From positions 2,586,646-2,650,645 of the forward strand of contig NW_019091355.1 of NCBI RefSeq assembly GCF_001949145.1: 64,000 bases of DNA, given 5' to 3'. The notes beneath the pieces were generated by a model. The model saw only the letters and a program-made list of their open reading frames with translations, did not search any database and was not told the DNA's origin. A program made the translations under genes and the position numbers. Numbering within the stretch: position 1 is the first letter of the stretch; each line of letters starts with the position of its first letter. The DNA comes from Acanthaster planci. Its lineage: Eukaryota. Positions 13,701 to 27,800 of the stretch are shown here, piece by piece.

Positions 13701-16700
13701 AAGATGTGCAGCAGGTCCTGCTGTTATCTGGGATCGGCCAGATTGTACATGCAACCTGACTAAGACAGCCAGCTGTGTCTCTAGTCCAGCTCCATGGCAA
13801 GTACATGTACATGAACTTGGCCTTTCCCTGATTGGTCAAGATTTAGCTAATCTGAAACCCATGCCTGGCTTCCAGGATAGATGGCTTTGACTCATCCAGG
13901 CTTGTTATCCTGTCTGGACCAGGGAAGTGGGTGTTCATTTCCCCCCCCCCCCTTTCCCCATCCCTGCAGACCCAGGTCCGGTGTTCCTGTATCCATTTCC
14001 CCAGGTCGAGCCAAGATGATGTTTAGCTGGTAGACTGTTAACTTGATACAGTGTGGCTATCCTGTGATTATTGCAATGGAGGCATTTTGCTGGGTTTTTC
14101 CACCTGTTGTGGTCAGAGATGCCATTTTGGCATCACTGGCAACAAGTTTTGATTAAAAGCATTTTCAAAAGAAAAGTTGCCTGCTTTACCTTCCTAATGA
14201 AAGTTTAACATCAGGAGGACTTGAGATGTTTAAGTGTCTGTATCTTCATGTAGCTCTCATATCTGAATGATACATGTAGGTACAATACTATGTCATTCCT
14301 GTGTTCATAACACACAATATCGCTTCTCATCTGAACTGGCAAAAGTAATTTGTTCCGAGACACCATTTGCTATTCTTGCTGTAAGCCTCTATCCTTTCTT
14401 TCTGGATTCTGCCTTGTCAAAGTGACACCTCACCCATGATGTACTGTTCACATCCCTTCCTACTTGCCTCACTGCCAGTGCCACTTGACTGTTGAGGAGT
14501 TTTTATAACATGTTAACAACCCAGGATGCAGGGAAGAGATCCGTCCCACAGGTCCAAGGGACCTGGCCAAGGGACATCCCCGGACTTTGGCTGGCTTGGC
14601 CCCCTGAGGACCAGACATCATGTGTGTCTGTGCCAGATGGCTCCATTCCTGCTCGCATCCTGCTCCTTTGTACATGTATGGAAACAAGACACACATGACC
14701 CAACCTGACAAAATGAGTCCAAGGTCGAGCCAGGACCACTTTTGAATAATATCAACAGGACCCTCAACGTTCAGTGTCCAATTTCGCCAGGATGTCCAAG
14801 AGTGATAATCAAAACAACAACAACAACAACAAACAGAGTTTTCTTCTCCTGATTTAAACTCAGCCGAATTTGGGGATAAAATTGACCGAAGACTCATTTT
14901 CTAGGATCCGGTCATAATAAACCTAATGGCCCAAACTGATAAATACTGCCCCAAACTTTAACACATGTTCATGAATACGCTGTACACATTCACATAGGGG
15001 ACAAGTCTGTGCATGCATATCATACATGCCTTGGGTACACATGAGGTAACACTCCCATTCTTTTGTATGAAAGAATCAAGGACGATTTCACAAAGGGTTG
15101 TGTCCTTCCATTCAGTGGGGCTTAGAGCAATCTTAAAATATCTGCAGGACAAATCAGGGACCAAGAACACAAAAGGGCAAGTGGGAGGGGTGCATGCAAA
15201 ATCTGTGTTAATGTGTACAAAAGTACACATGTATGTAATCTAAACTACGTGTACAGTGTGTACATGTAGGGGACATGTAGTCCACATATAGTCATATAGG
15301 CCTTCGTGTGTTAAGTTGAATTGTTACGGTGTATTCACTAGCTATGCACGTATGTCAAGCCGGGAATTATCTTAACCAGCAATGTAGAGTTGCTAATTTT
15401 CATTGAATTTGGCTTTTCCTTATAATACTAGTTACTCTGTAATGTGCTACAACACTGAATGAAGTTCAAAAAATTACATTTTATTTCATACAAAAATGTG
15501 GTTTTTTACAGTGCCTTGAGTTTTAGCGGTTCATTCATAGAGTCACAGTAGCTTTAGCATCATACATGTACTTGAACCTGTTGTGGATTCAGTGTGCATT
15601 ATTGAAGTAACCCTCTCCCTAAACACATCAGACTACAGAGCTGTAGGTATTTCCACAAATTTTTTATGATGTTAACCCGTGACTGTGTTGATGTCTTGAC
15701 ACCGCGTTCTGTCTGTTGTGGCCTGGAGGCGACCAGCTAGCTTTCCTCATTTGGCGATCAGTCCGTCAACCCAGAAGAAATGGTTACCTGAAAAACTTCA
15801 TACCTGGCGAAAACAGGAAGAATCTTGTTTCCAAAATGTTGGGAAGTGGGGAGGAGGAGGCAGGGGAGATTGAAGTGGGAGGGAGACTCGCAGTGCCCCT
15901 CTTGAGTGGCTCTTGTAAAACAGGATTTCCTTTATCAGAAGTCTTTCTCCATCTTAAATCTGAACCCTGTACACGTGTGGTAGGCCAATACGTGTAGATG
16001 TACATGTACCTCCAGGGTCTCTGCACTGGGATACATGTATCGATTGTTCACATCATGAAAGTTGGGGGTGTGGTCTTTGGCTGGGGATGTAACACTTTGT
16101 CAGTTGTACAGAAGATACTGAACAGCACGAACAAAATTCAAACTTAGAAGTTTTTTCTTTTCAAATTTCTTGCCGACATCTGCCTTTCCTTGAACTGTCC
16201 CACATCCACATACTCAGTGAAAATAGTGCTGCCGTGTGTTTGAGGATGTCGCGGTAATTTCTTGTAATTCAAAGAGGCAGAGAAACATCCCATCAGCCAG
16301 TGCAGTTCTTGCAGCTTCAATCCTTTCAGAGATCTCCTTCCACTGGTTAACTCCCAAAGATGGATGACATCAGCTTCCAAAAAAAGATACAATCTAGTGC
16401 AGGGTCGTATGTGTCCATGAATGCGTGATGTCACACTCTAACTTCAAGCCGCACCTTCCGGCACCTTGTTTTGACGTTCGTGCCCAGAGACTGTTATGCA
16501 AGTCTGCACAGGATGGCACACCTGTAACGAGTATTCCTCATAGACTGACATACATGTATGGACATTCACATGGTAACATGCGGTTTGTTCACTCTTGACG
16601 GAGTGCCAGAGTGATTAGTTTGCATTAATCATGGGTCATCTCCCAACGGTAGGCCGCAGCCAAGATTGGGGGAGACTGCAGCCTGACGGGGGAGACTGGA

Positions 16701-18153
16701 AGGAAGCATGCCTCTCTTCCCCTGGTAACTTTTTGACAAAAATCAGGGGTGAGAACAGGAGGTATTATACACCCATTGGAAAATGTCCCATCTTGGGTGT
16801 GCTCCCTGCTTCCAACAATTCCTGGATGCAAACCAGCTTGCAAGTTTAGAGATTGGAGCGATATCAGTAATTTTTACCATCAGAGACGAACTTTTTAATC
16901 AATTTGATAACCTCAAGGGTCTTACTGGTACATGTACATTGTGCATACATGTGTAGGCTTGTTTAATTTGTTCAACAGAGAGAGCGTGTACTGGTCATGT
17001 TCATTCCTTATGAATGGACCATAGACAAGACAATGTAAACATGGAAAAGGATTGCTGTAAATAAGGCTTTGCTTTATCAGTGCACTACTCCCACTCATGC
17101 AGTGATAAAACAAACTGTACGCTCCCTTGGGGTGATTGAATACAAGGGATTACATTGTAAAACTCAAACAGACCTAGTGGACATTCAAGCTTGGTCATTG
17201 GTCTCCAAGACTAAAACATTACACTCTGTACAGTTTCAGTCACAAAAGGAATTAAGGAACTTGTAACCCTGCATTATTTTGTAGCCAGCCATGGGGGAGG
17301 GGGGGGTTACACAGGCCCCGACTGGCACCGGTACCGTGCATGTAACGATTGGCCAAAGTTACATCTTCAAGCCATTCTTTGAAGCCTGCAGTGGAGCATC
17401 ATGTGACAGTCAGTGTCACCACCTTAGGAATTCAGGCAGTGTCACCGTCACCGGTGCAGTGCACAATGCTACACTCAAGGAAGCCACTGTTAAGAATAAT
17501 ATTTGGTGGCAGTCCGCGGCGCGTATCGACCCGTACACCCCAATGCATGGTGCATAAAGCCTTCCCCCCCTGCCAGACCTACGTGTTCGCTTCCCTTCTC
17601 TCCCCTGACAGCATCAGGTTTTTTTTTTGTACGACCCCGCTTTTTCCCTTGCCCAGCTAGTGTTCCATCCTGGAGAATACTCTTCACACACAGAGATAGC
17701 ATGTGGAAGCAAGGCCTGTTTATACAGCTTCACAGGCAGTGTCTCTGGTTTTGCATGGACTCGGTGTTGAATTCAAATTGCCATTTTCACTTAAAAATTG
17801 AAAAAAGAAAACAGGTGCAAGTCTTGAGCAGTGTAACTTTCCCCATTTTTCCAGATGTCACAGTCACAAAGTTATCAGTTGTGAGAAGATTATAAAAAGG
17901 TTCTTTGGTTTACCCTGAAGTGCTGGGTCTATCCGCCCTGAGTTGAAGTGCACCCTCACCAGTGAAAGAAAGACAGCCTGGAACTGTCTCGCACGCGTTC
18001 GGGTAGCATGCGAAGACCATACGTTCCCGAATAAATTCAGCGTGCTCCACGTCAAACGCACATAAACTTGCGCGCCTCTGTGGTGAGTTCCCACCAAAGG
18101 CTTGTCAATTTCATTTAAAAACATGCCCTCTTTTGTTTCCGCTCAGAGCGGCT

Positions 18154-18500
18154 TATGGTGTTCCATAGGTGCCGCCCGGGCGGATTTTTCAGCCGGCGTC
18201 ACATTTTTCAACAGGCATCGCATTTTTCAACAGGCGTCGCATTTGCAACTGGCATCGCATTTTTCAACCAAAGTAGAGGCACTGCTGCGATAAATGCTCC
18301 CTCAGGCAGCAACTCTGTCTCTACTTTGGTTAAAAAATGCGACGCTGGTTGCAAAATGTGATGTCAACCCAAAACTGCGACGCCAACTCAAATATGCAAC
18401 ACCAAACAAAAAATGCGATGCCTGTTGAAAAATACGACTCCAGCTGAAAAATGTAACGGCGGCTGAAAAGCTGACCAGATGGCACATATGGAACACCATA
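18154..18500. mobile_element. Foldback-type MITE with long inverted arms made of ~18-bp subrepeats, TA-bounded (Tc1/mariner-like ends)
   Basis: TATGGTGTTCCATA.GTGCC at the left and GGCAC.TATGGAACACCATA at the right. The left arm has units like CGCATTTTTCAACAGGCAT, mirrored on the right arm. Inner arm ends aaccaaagtagag / ctctactttggtt flank a short spacer. Confidence 0.85.
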
Positions 18501-18849
18501 GCAGATAGCGCTGCCTGATGAATAGTTCTAAACGTGGGTACCAGCTTTATCAGTTCAAGTTGTCCTAACATAGACAGGGCAGGATGGGCACATGTTTGCA
18601 CTTTGCAGACAGATAGGCCTCAAGGAAGCATCTCAGTCACTATTCATAGATGTTAATTTTCCAATTTTGCCGGGCGGTTAATGCAATGGGCAATCTCTAC
18701 GAAGGGACACCTGTTCAATTGTCTCGGCCTAAATCCCTTCACAGATCCACACTAACAAATCAAGACATCATCATTGAACTCATGAATGAACAATGAGTAC
18801 ATGTATTGATCTGTGGCACAGTAGTTTCCTGTGTAAAAGTACATCCCGT

Positions 18850-18899
18850 GTAGCTAGTGACATGTATATTTGACGTAGCTAGTGACATGTATATTTGAC
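18850..18899 (+). repeat. 25-bp perfect tandem duplication
   Basis: GTAGCTAGTGACATGTATATTTGAC x2. Confidence 0.9.
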
Positions 18900-20971
18900 T
18901 TGATAAACAATTCAGATTCATCAAGATTGTATTGCACAAATCCACAATTTAAATATGAATTTATAAATGTACAGATGTGAAAAAACGTACTCCCGTGCAA
19001 ACGCTGCTGCTTTAATGTAATTAGAGGAAACTTTATAATCTCTTGTTGTCCAATTTTTCCACTTGCATGCATACCAACATGCACCGGTAATGTCGGTCAT
19101 TCCATTTTTAAGTCTGCCAGCCGACATGCTTTTTTTGCCAGTAGAGTGCAGTGCCCCTTTCATTATTACTAGTTTACCTCCCTCCCTCCCATCGCCAGAT
19201 TAAAAATAGCAGCATGCAAAGTTCACAGGTGGAGTTACAGGTGCTTCCAGTACGAGGGGAAACCTGCTTCAAATTGGCCTCGGAATAATCCATATTTAGC
19301 CAAAGATATACTAGGTGGTGGTGTTAGTCCGTTTCCATGCCCAATACCAGGCATCACGCTGTTTAACATCTTCCGACAATAATCACGAACAGACATGAAT
19401 ATACATGTACGTGTACATTAGTAAGACCATTACATACATTGTGCATGCATGAAAATAAAAAACCATAGACAGCAGTGTATTGCTATATAATATGTATCAG
19501 TGTTGAGATTGTAATTCTTTTGTAGTAGACAATGGTCCTTATACATAAGAGTTTTTAAGGAACAGTGAAATTTATGGCTCTATTTTCTTTTCTTCTGCTA
19601 CTGCAGTGCTACCAGCATTAAATATTTGCATGTTGTAAACTCACTAAGCTGCATCTCGACTGAACTATCAGTACTTCTGCCTTCAGGATATATCGCAAAT
19701 ACAATATTCCTAGGTTGCTCTTAAGACGTCTTTCGCATTGAGCCAGATTCTCCATGAGACACAGCACGGAGAAACTTAACTCCAGGCACTAGACCTACTT
19801 TCAAGATCTTCTTACATGGATTCTCCAAGAGACACCCCGTCTGCAAGCGGACGTCCAGTAGTCATATAAATACAATGCGCTGTCTGTGCGCGCTCGTCCA
19901 AGGGGAAGGTTCTCTCTCGATGTCACTCGATCCCGCGTCGCCCGAAATGTGTTTGAATATTGATATATGTTGATGAGTCTCGACTCCTGCCAGTCTGTGG
20001 GCTTTTTTTTTCTCCCCGTTCAGTGTCTTAATATCGTCTTGTCTCCTCTTCAGCCTGTTTTTTGAAATGCACTTTTGCCCAGGTACGGTATGTGTACGAG
20101 AGGAAGACGGTTTGACTCTCCTGTAGGCCATTGGCCTCACTTAGGTGGGAAACTAGGGCAGTGCGGTCCCTGGTGGCCCGGGCTGTGGCCCCCGTGGCTA
20201 TGGCCTGTCGTCATGCACTTGCAACTCTTTCACATGACAGTTTTCGACAATTTACCCTGGTCTCAAACTGGACAAATAGCCAGGAGGACAAGCGATGCGC
20301 TTTGTCAAACGGGAATTAGCATAGAATGCGGGTAGTGAAATGCAGGCTGCTTGGGGGGAAAAATGGATGGACATTGAAGAGCGTCATTTGAATTGGAAGC
20401 AAGCGAGTTTGCATGGCCAAATTTATGAGGGGAAAATCAAAGAGAATTAAGTTCAGCACATTTGGTTTACTCCAAAGATGCCAGTTGGTAAATTGTAAAT
20501 AGTAGTCAAAGTGTTACTGTATTTATAAATGCACACTTTTCCAACCTAAAACTTGTTTCATTTGCTTCTAAATACAATGTTAGTCTCACCGTTTGCTCTG
20601 GATTGTTTTGTATGTATGTGTACAATTTGGTGACGGTGGTGACTGCATCATTATTGTTTTCTGTTTATTTGCTTTCACATCATTGTCAAGTCACAAATCT
20701 CAGTGCTTGCACAAGAAATTTCCCAAGGAATCATCATTTTAAATGTACTTCCTGTGATTTGGGCAAATCAACAAACACAGGTTGACAACACATTTCCAAA
20801 TCCCATCTGTAGTCACTGTATGCCGGCATCTCACTATCAAATCCACCTGTACTGATGGTGGCCACCTGCAGTTACTCCATGCTGCTCCCTTCAGCCACAG
20901 GGGCTCATTATCAGTTACCCTATACACCACTCCACTGATCTGCCATGATCCAGCCAATTAACCTGCCAGGG

Positions 20972-21890
20972 CAACTTCACAAGGTGGAGACTGATCTCTT
21001 TACTAATCTGTCAGGTGTCTGCCATGAGGGGGCGCTTCTGGGATGCCTGAACTTAGCACCAAGATAAACCTCAGCCAGGCCATGGGGCTGGTATTTGCAA
21101 AAGAATGGAGGAAAAGAATCCAATAGGCACTCTCAGTTCTAGTTGTTCAGATATTTGATGAAATTTTTTTTTTCAAGTTGACTTCAGCCAAAAGTAAACA
21201 CGGGCTGAAATTCTTCCCTCTCTAACGGGATTTTTATCAGACACACTCTGGAAATAAAGGATCTAACAGTGGAAAAATATTATTACTCTGCCTTCTCCCT
21301 TGTCCTTGAAACTGTTGCCCCGAGCTTCAGCACGTAAATCGACAACCCAAGATTGAATTTCCGCATGTTAAACAGATAAAAACAAGTCGGGTACTCGCTC
21401 ACTCCATTCCAAAGCGCAAGGAGGAAAAATTTCCACAGACAGCAATAAAGCACAATTATTTCAACTGTCCTTTGGGCCAGCTGCAGTAAAGTAAAATTAC
21501 CGGAACCGTTCAAGCGGAATTATCACTGATTGTTACTGACTTCCCCCAATCTAGTAACTGCCATTTTCACGGCCAAATAACCAGTTCGTCCTCTACTTCA
21601 TCGTGAAAATGTTCTCATTAAATGGAATCCGTCACATGTACAGTTACTATACTATGTATGTGTGCCACCTCACCCCAGTATTAAACTGGTTTTAAGGTCA
21701 GGATAAATCCAGGGCCAGCCTGTTTATCCCCTGGGGAGGAGTCTAATTTGCCATGAGCCACTTACAGTGTTAATTGCTAAGGTGAGGGTCCTGCTGAGTG
21801 ACCTTAATCTGGGGACATGGAATGCGCATGGATGGACAACCTGCCAAGCATGGGGTGTGATGATTGATTCTGAAAGATACAGGTTGGTCA
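20972..21890 (+). mobile_element. Possible decayed tyrosine-recombinase (DIRS/Crypton-like) fragment, interrupted
   Basis: QLHKVETDLF...VCHEGALLGCL at 20972 (compare SKTDPF...CPVxALxxYL) and AKVRVLLSDLNLGTWNAHGWTT at 21776 (compare the H-S-F-R region), separated by about 700 bp. By-eye resemblance only. Confidence 0.25.
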
Positions 21891-24800
21891 TCACAAGACC
21901 AGTCCATAGTTAGAGGGATGCCTTTTCTTGTCAGAGTTCATTAGACTGGAAGGTTTATGATGGACTCACTGCCAGGACTTGTGATGGACTCTATAGGCAT
22001 TCAGTCCAGTACTTGTCATTCCCACATGAATTCACAAAGTAATTGATGATCTAATGTACTTCAGATTTTTACTAGCACAGGAGCAGAGAATATGTTGATA
22101 TTTTTATATGTACATGTAAAACTTCCTGTTTTGTGTTACTGGTGATTTTCTGGAGGTGTGAAGTACTTGAGTCATGGGGGTCCAGGGACACAGGTGTTAT
22201 TTTCAAATCATGTTTCAGCTTTTTATTTAATGTGCCGAAGCCCTGAACTGTCTCAAAGGAATCAGATTTTTTAAACTGCATGTCCCATTTTTTTTCTGTC
22301 GGAGAGAGTGTGATGGTCAGAAGTTGGGGGAAATGGGGAAATGTGCACTTCTTGCAGGAAATTTGATGAATCAGGGTTTGTGCCTTGGAAAAGGGATGAA
22401 GACTCCAGGCTGGGCGATGGTTATTGGCCTGATCCACCTGTGCATGGGTTTCCACGGCTCTTCTCAGCAGATGGGGTGGACGGTCCTGGCCGGGCTTCCT
22501 TCAAGATCTGCCTGTTCTTAAGTAACTGGGAAGATATTCAGGGCAAAGCACCTGTTTTGGGGTAGCTGCTCTTAATTAATTGATGCCATTGAAGGTATTT
22601 TGTGAGGGGATTGTGGACTTATCTGGCTAGATGGGGCATAGACCTCACACAGACATAACTGGGTCAGGGCTAAGTCTTCCAGATGTCCTAGGTTTGCCAG
22701 GCAGCCTCCTCATAGCAGAAGTCGACAAGTTGTTCCAGTTGCTTGAAAGTGTGTTAAGCGGTAACATCCCTCCACGTTTTTTGGATTTTTTCCTCCCAAC
22801 AAGACCCAACCCAAAGATAAGTTCAAGGTCATCACACCTAAATAAGGTTTTTATATCGCTCTTGGTTATAATAACCTGAAAAGTTGGAACAGGAAGAGTA
22901 TTAGAGTTTTTGGGCAGTCTCAAAGGACCTCCACTCATTTGCTGTGCAGTGCACATGTACATGATTATTTGAATAGCCTCCTTGGAAACTGGTTGCTACT
23001 TGCATTTCATGCAAGGTGAGCTGGAATTTCAACCAAACTGCTCAAAGGTGGATGTCGCCTGGAATTTTGTTGGGGGAGGGGGAAGCAAACCTTTGCTCCC
23101 AGGGGAGGGAGCAAAGCTCTTGACAACTAACAGGTTAACAGTGGGGGGGAGGCTAATGTCCAGGTTTTTATCGTTTATTTTTCAAATTATTTGGGAGAGG
23201 GGTGGCACACCTATATTGTGTATACACGAGCACTCTGTCTGGCTGTCGTGGTATATTTTTTATACCTGCTTTTTTGTTGATGGATAGCACATTTGCTAAA
23301 AATCAGTTCAGTGATGAGATGGGGCTTGATGTCTCAGGAGGTACAGCTAAGTGGAAATCACATTTGGGTAAATTGACTTACAGCAGTTACTGACATTGAC
23401 ATTTTCAATGCGGTAATGAAGTGGGTCTGGTGGAGCACTGGTTTTTGTCATGTGCATGATACCAAAGTAGCTAAAAATACAGGGTTTGGGGGATTTTTCT
23501 CTTACGGGTTTCCACATTTGAATGTACACGTATATGGCTAAGAAATACCAAAAGTTCAATGCTTGAGAATTGTATAGTGTGGTGGATTAGTTTCAGAACT
23601 GACCAATGTGGAGGTTGTATTCTGTAGATCCCCGTCTTTAGAAATGTCATCAAATTTGCATTTCTGATGAATGCTGTGTTGTATATTGTTATTCCTGGTA
23701 AATCCTTTGAAATGTCAGCATTATTGCACAAGAAAATTGTCAATGAAACTAAAAGCATTTGGATACTGAATCAGCCCCAACCAGTTTCTTCACAAAGCCT
23801 GCTGAGGTTCTGATTTTTTTTTTCTTGGATTGACACAAAGTGGTTTTTCTCAAAGTTCCTTCTCACCAACTTGTGGCTTTAAAAAGTCTAGTAAAGTGTA
23901 TTATCTTGGACTTCTTGGAATGGCCAGTGTCTTGGAGTTGAGTTACATGTAAATTTGTTTCTGATTGCCCCCCAAAAAGTTCTCAAATTCCCTCTTGGCC
24001 CATTTATTGAGAAACTCTGCTCACCCCTCCCCTTTTCTTACTTCAAAGAGTTTAAAGTGGTCGTAACCTTTTGACCTCGGGACACTGGAAGTTGAAGAGC
24101 TGTGTCCTCTGGGATTACTCGTGGTCGATTATCACTTTACCCTACCCCATACAGAAATGAGATACATGTTTACCACAGTCTCTGGTTGGGAGGTTCAGTG
24201 GTACAAAATGTGTCCCAGCTGGTGAAAATGTTGGACCGTCTATGTAAACGGAATTGGCAGGGTTGGACCAAAGGACTTTGCTGTGATGCCTAACCAATAG
24301 GTAGGGGTGCTGGGGACTACCCCCCCCTTTAGAATTATGTATGCCAACTATTTGGTTTTGTTTTGTTTTTATTCTGGAAGCATCAGTTCCTGGAAACTTG
24401 TTAAATTATTCCCCCAATATCCCCCCAAAGAAAAATCTCAAAATTTTTCGACAAGTCCCAGACTACTGCACCATTTAGAAGTTGTGAACGTGCTGTTTAA
24501 AGAAGTTCCTACAGACGTCAAAGATTCATTGTTCTCTTGTGGATAATGCATGTCCCTGATGAGACCTCTCCTTCTCCTTCCAGACAGGAAACTGGACGTT
24601 GTTGCCCAGGTGCCTTGATGACATTGGCTGAATTTGATGTGATTCGCAGTGTTTTGAAGCTTGTCTAAAATGCTGTACATTATTTCAGGGGACGCAAGGT
24701 CTCCACCGGCAAATTTAAAACAAGAGCCAAAGTTTTCACACCATCCACATTTTTCTAGCCTCATGCTTTTTTTAAATACAGTACTGAATACATTGGGTTT

Positions 24801-27800
24801 TCCCCTCTTTGTTCGAGATTGCAGCTGAGGTTTGTAACTGTTGACTGCATTTATTTGGCAATGCGGGTGAATAGCTAGCAGAGGCCGGTACGTTGAGATG
24901 CAGTCTAATAAAGCAACCAGGAAATACACCTGTGTTCGTTCAGAGCATAAACTGTCCAAATCCCATTACCAGACGCATCAAAGTGCCAGTGGATGTTGAA
25001 ACTTGTCATTCCATTGAAGGTTTGGTGTTTGTTGTTGTTTGACTGTGGTTTAGGAAATATTCCCCCGGCCACATCTGACGAAATCATCAAGAGAGTCTGG
25101 CTCAAATGAAATGCTTCCTCCAAATCCAGTAATGTGTGACACTGGTGAATGAGTTAATGACTTTGACAAATGCTGGCGGAATGCATGGGTCTCAAAATCA
25201 TATTGCCTTTGGGTAACCTTCATCAAATGGCATTTTGTCAATGGCTTCTGTCGCACCAGGGGGCATTCTTGTTAAGGGGCTGCGTGCTACAAGATAACAG
25301 GGAAATTCTATAATTTTTTTTTTAATTTCTGTTCCCACAGAAAAGAAATGTAAAGAGAAAAGAACACCGGCCATATTAATTATTTAATTATTTAAATGTG
25401 ATCAGATTCAGGTTAGTTTTGCAGTAATCTTTCATTCAAAGAAAATATGCGTGATACCTCAGGAGTTATTTATAACGATTTGTTGACATTTTTCATCTGC
25501 CAATTTCAAGTTTGTACATCCTGCAATTTTATAGGTACATTCCTCGGTTCGAACAACGAAAAATAAGCATAAACTGCACTTTAATTTATCAACTTGCCGG
25601 TATATCCCCAAAGGCCAATGCTTCATGAGACATATTCTTGCAAATTATGCATTGAGACTCTAAGAGAAAAACAGAAATCGCACGGGTTGAGGAAATCCAG
25701 TCAGGCTAACATATTGCGCCATTAAACGAATAATCATTGATCGAAAAGCAGTGTGCTTCGTATTTGCAGACAAGTGCAGCCGGGGGGGGGAGTGGGATCG
25801 TAGCTGAATCCTAGCCCAAGCACAGTCCAGGGAAGGCAAAGACGATGCCGTAATAATTACCCGCGAGATTTGCAGTAGCTCAAGTGTAAATGTAAAAGGA
25901 GAGATACTACTGCAGGATCGTTGCGCATGACTGGGCAACATTGAGCTCTTTGCTCCAAGATGGATGTAAACGTTGACTGATGAATCACACTGTGGTAAGC
26001 AGCAGACTACCCCGTACCTCACCCAAAATGGCGGGTACTCAGCTCCGTTTTCTTCAGGTTTCTTATCCAAAACCTCAGCAAAATTTAAAACGGCCTTTCT
26101 GAAAGTAAAGCACAGTATACATAAGTGCCTCTCAATGTGTTACCAGTAAAATTGATGCAATTAGTATTGTGGTGGTATACCGGTATGCAGAAAAATGCAT
26201 TTACATGTAAAATGCATTGGATAGAATTGTCTAGGGGAATTGCACAGTGGCGAAATTGCTTCAATTTCAATCACTGTTGCATTGGTACCCGATTGTATGA
26301 AAAACAGGTATGCACGTGTAGTTCCAGTCAGACCCATCAAATTTAAAGCAACCCCTATGATTGAGCGGTCTTGTGAAAAAAAAAGAGACGATTCTAATCA
26401 AAGAAAATACGTGGATTTCCTTCCTGTATTTCCTGACTAGAGGCCAAATGGATATTTCCTACCTCTGCCTGTATGTAATGTATTGTGAGTTGTGGATTTA
26501 CACTTGGTCTGTTCCTAGATCAACAAATGATGAAATGCTTAATTTGCTGTCGGCAGAGACATTTCTTGATGAAATAAAATGTTGGCATTTTACAAATGAA
26601 CTTGTCAGAAGTGGAGGAAGAGTTGGAAACCTTGAATTTCAGTCGAGCTTACTGCTGTTGAGCTGCCTCGCCCGGTTTTGCTTACATTTTTACACCACCG
26701 CTGAGTGAAAAATTGAGCTGGGTGCTGAAAAGAAAAAGCCCCCTTGACAAATAAATCAACTGCATTCAACTTCTAACAGCTTATCGGTCAAGATGGCGGA
26801 TTCATTATTTCAAGGGTAAATTCTTATTTTACCAAATTTATGGACGTTTAGGCCTGTTGAAGCGACAGACGGATTCACATGCATAGCCATTCAAGTCCCA
26901 AAGGAACTGCTGTTTGGGAATTTGTTTTTTTTTTAACCTTCAAATTGTGTATTCTTCAACGTGTCTGCTCACTGAATATCGGTGTGCATATCATGGTTAG
27001 ATATGCAGGAGTACCGGTCGCATTGGGACGTCCCCGGATGATGCTTGCGGAGTGTGCAGAGGGCAAGCCTTTTCTCACATTAGCAGCTTGTTGGAGGAAT
27101 AAAGGAGTGCATCCATCACTCCCTGTGCACAGTGGGCTCTGCTGATGTGATTGCCGTGTCAACTCTAGAGTAGTGTAGGGTCAAAGGATGTGAAGTGATC
27201 TGCATGCAGAACTCACGGTGGATGCTCCTAAGCTGTGAGGTTTGAAGGCAGGTGAAATTGGCAGTCAGTAAAACTGTACCGCGTAAGATGATTGCAAGTA
27301 TAAATAAATTGCAGTTCTTGCATTTTCTAAAAACAAGAACAAGATTTTTTAAAAATCAGACTTTTTCTTATATTTGTGTACTTTCAAACAGTCGTATGTT
27401 CATTTTTATGACAGCCTTTGTCCATGTTTAGTTCATTAAATTCTCATTTTGCTCAATGTTCATGAAACGTGTACTTCAGTATCCTTAGTATAGATACCAG
27501 TGCAAGTTTTATTTGATTTATTTTCTTAAAAATGGAAGATTTATAGCTTCAGGCGAGGACTTTACGAGGAAGCCTTCTGGAATGTTGTTCAGTTATTATC
27601 TCCATCTCCTGTTTTTCAAGCATCTGAACTATGCCTACAATTTGCAGTAGTCGTGAAATCAATTGTCAGGAGGGCAACGCCAATTTCCTGACTGTGGAAC
27701 CATGCCAAATTGTTTTGCACTGAGATAATTTGCCCCCCCTCCAAAAAAAAAAAACCCATATATTTTACATGTAGCATGCAGGTGTGTCCATAGGAACACC

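Noticed and set aside
24438..24959. 173-aa minus-strand ORF
   Set aside because: No recognisable domain or exon boundaries; may be a TE relic but this cannot be supported.
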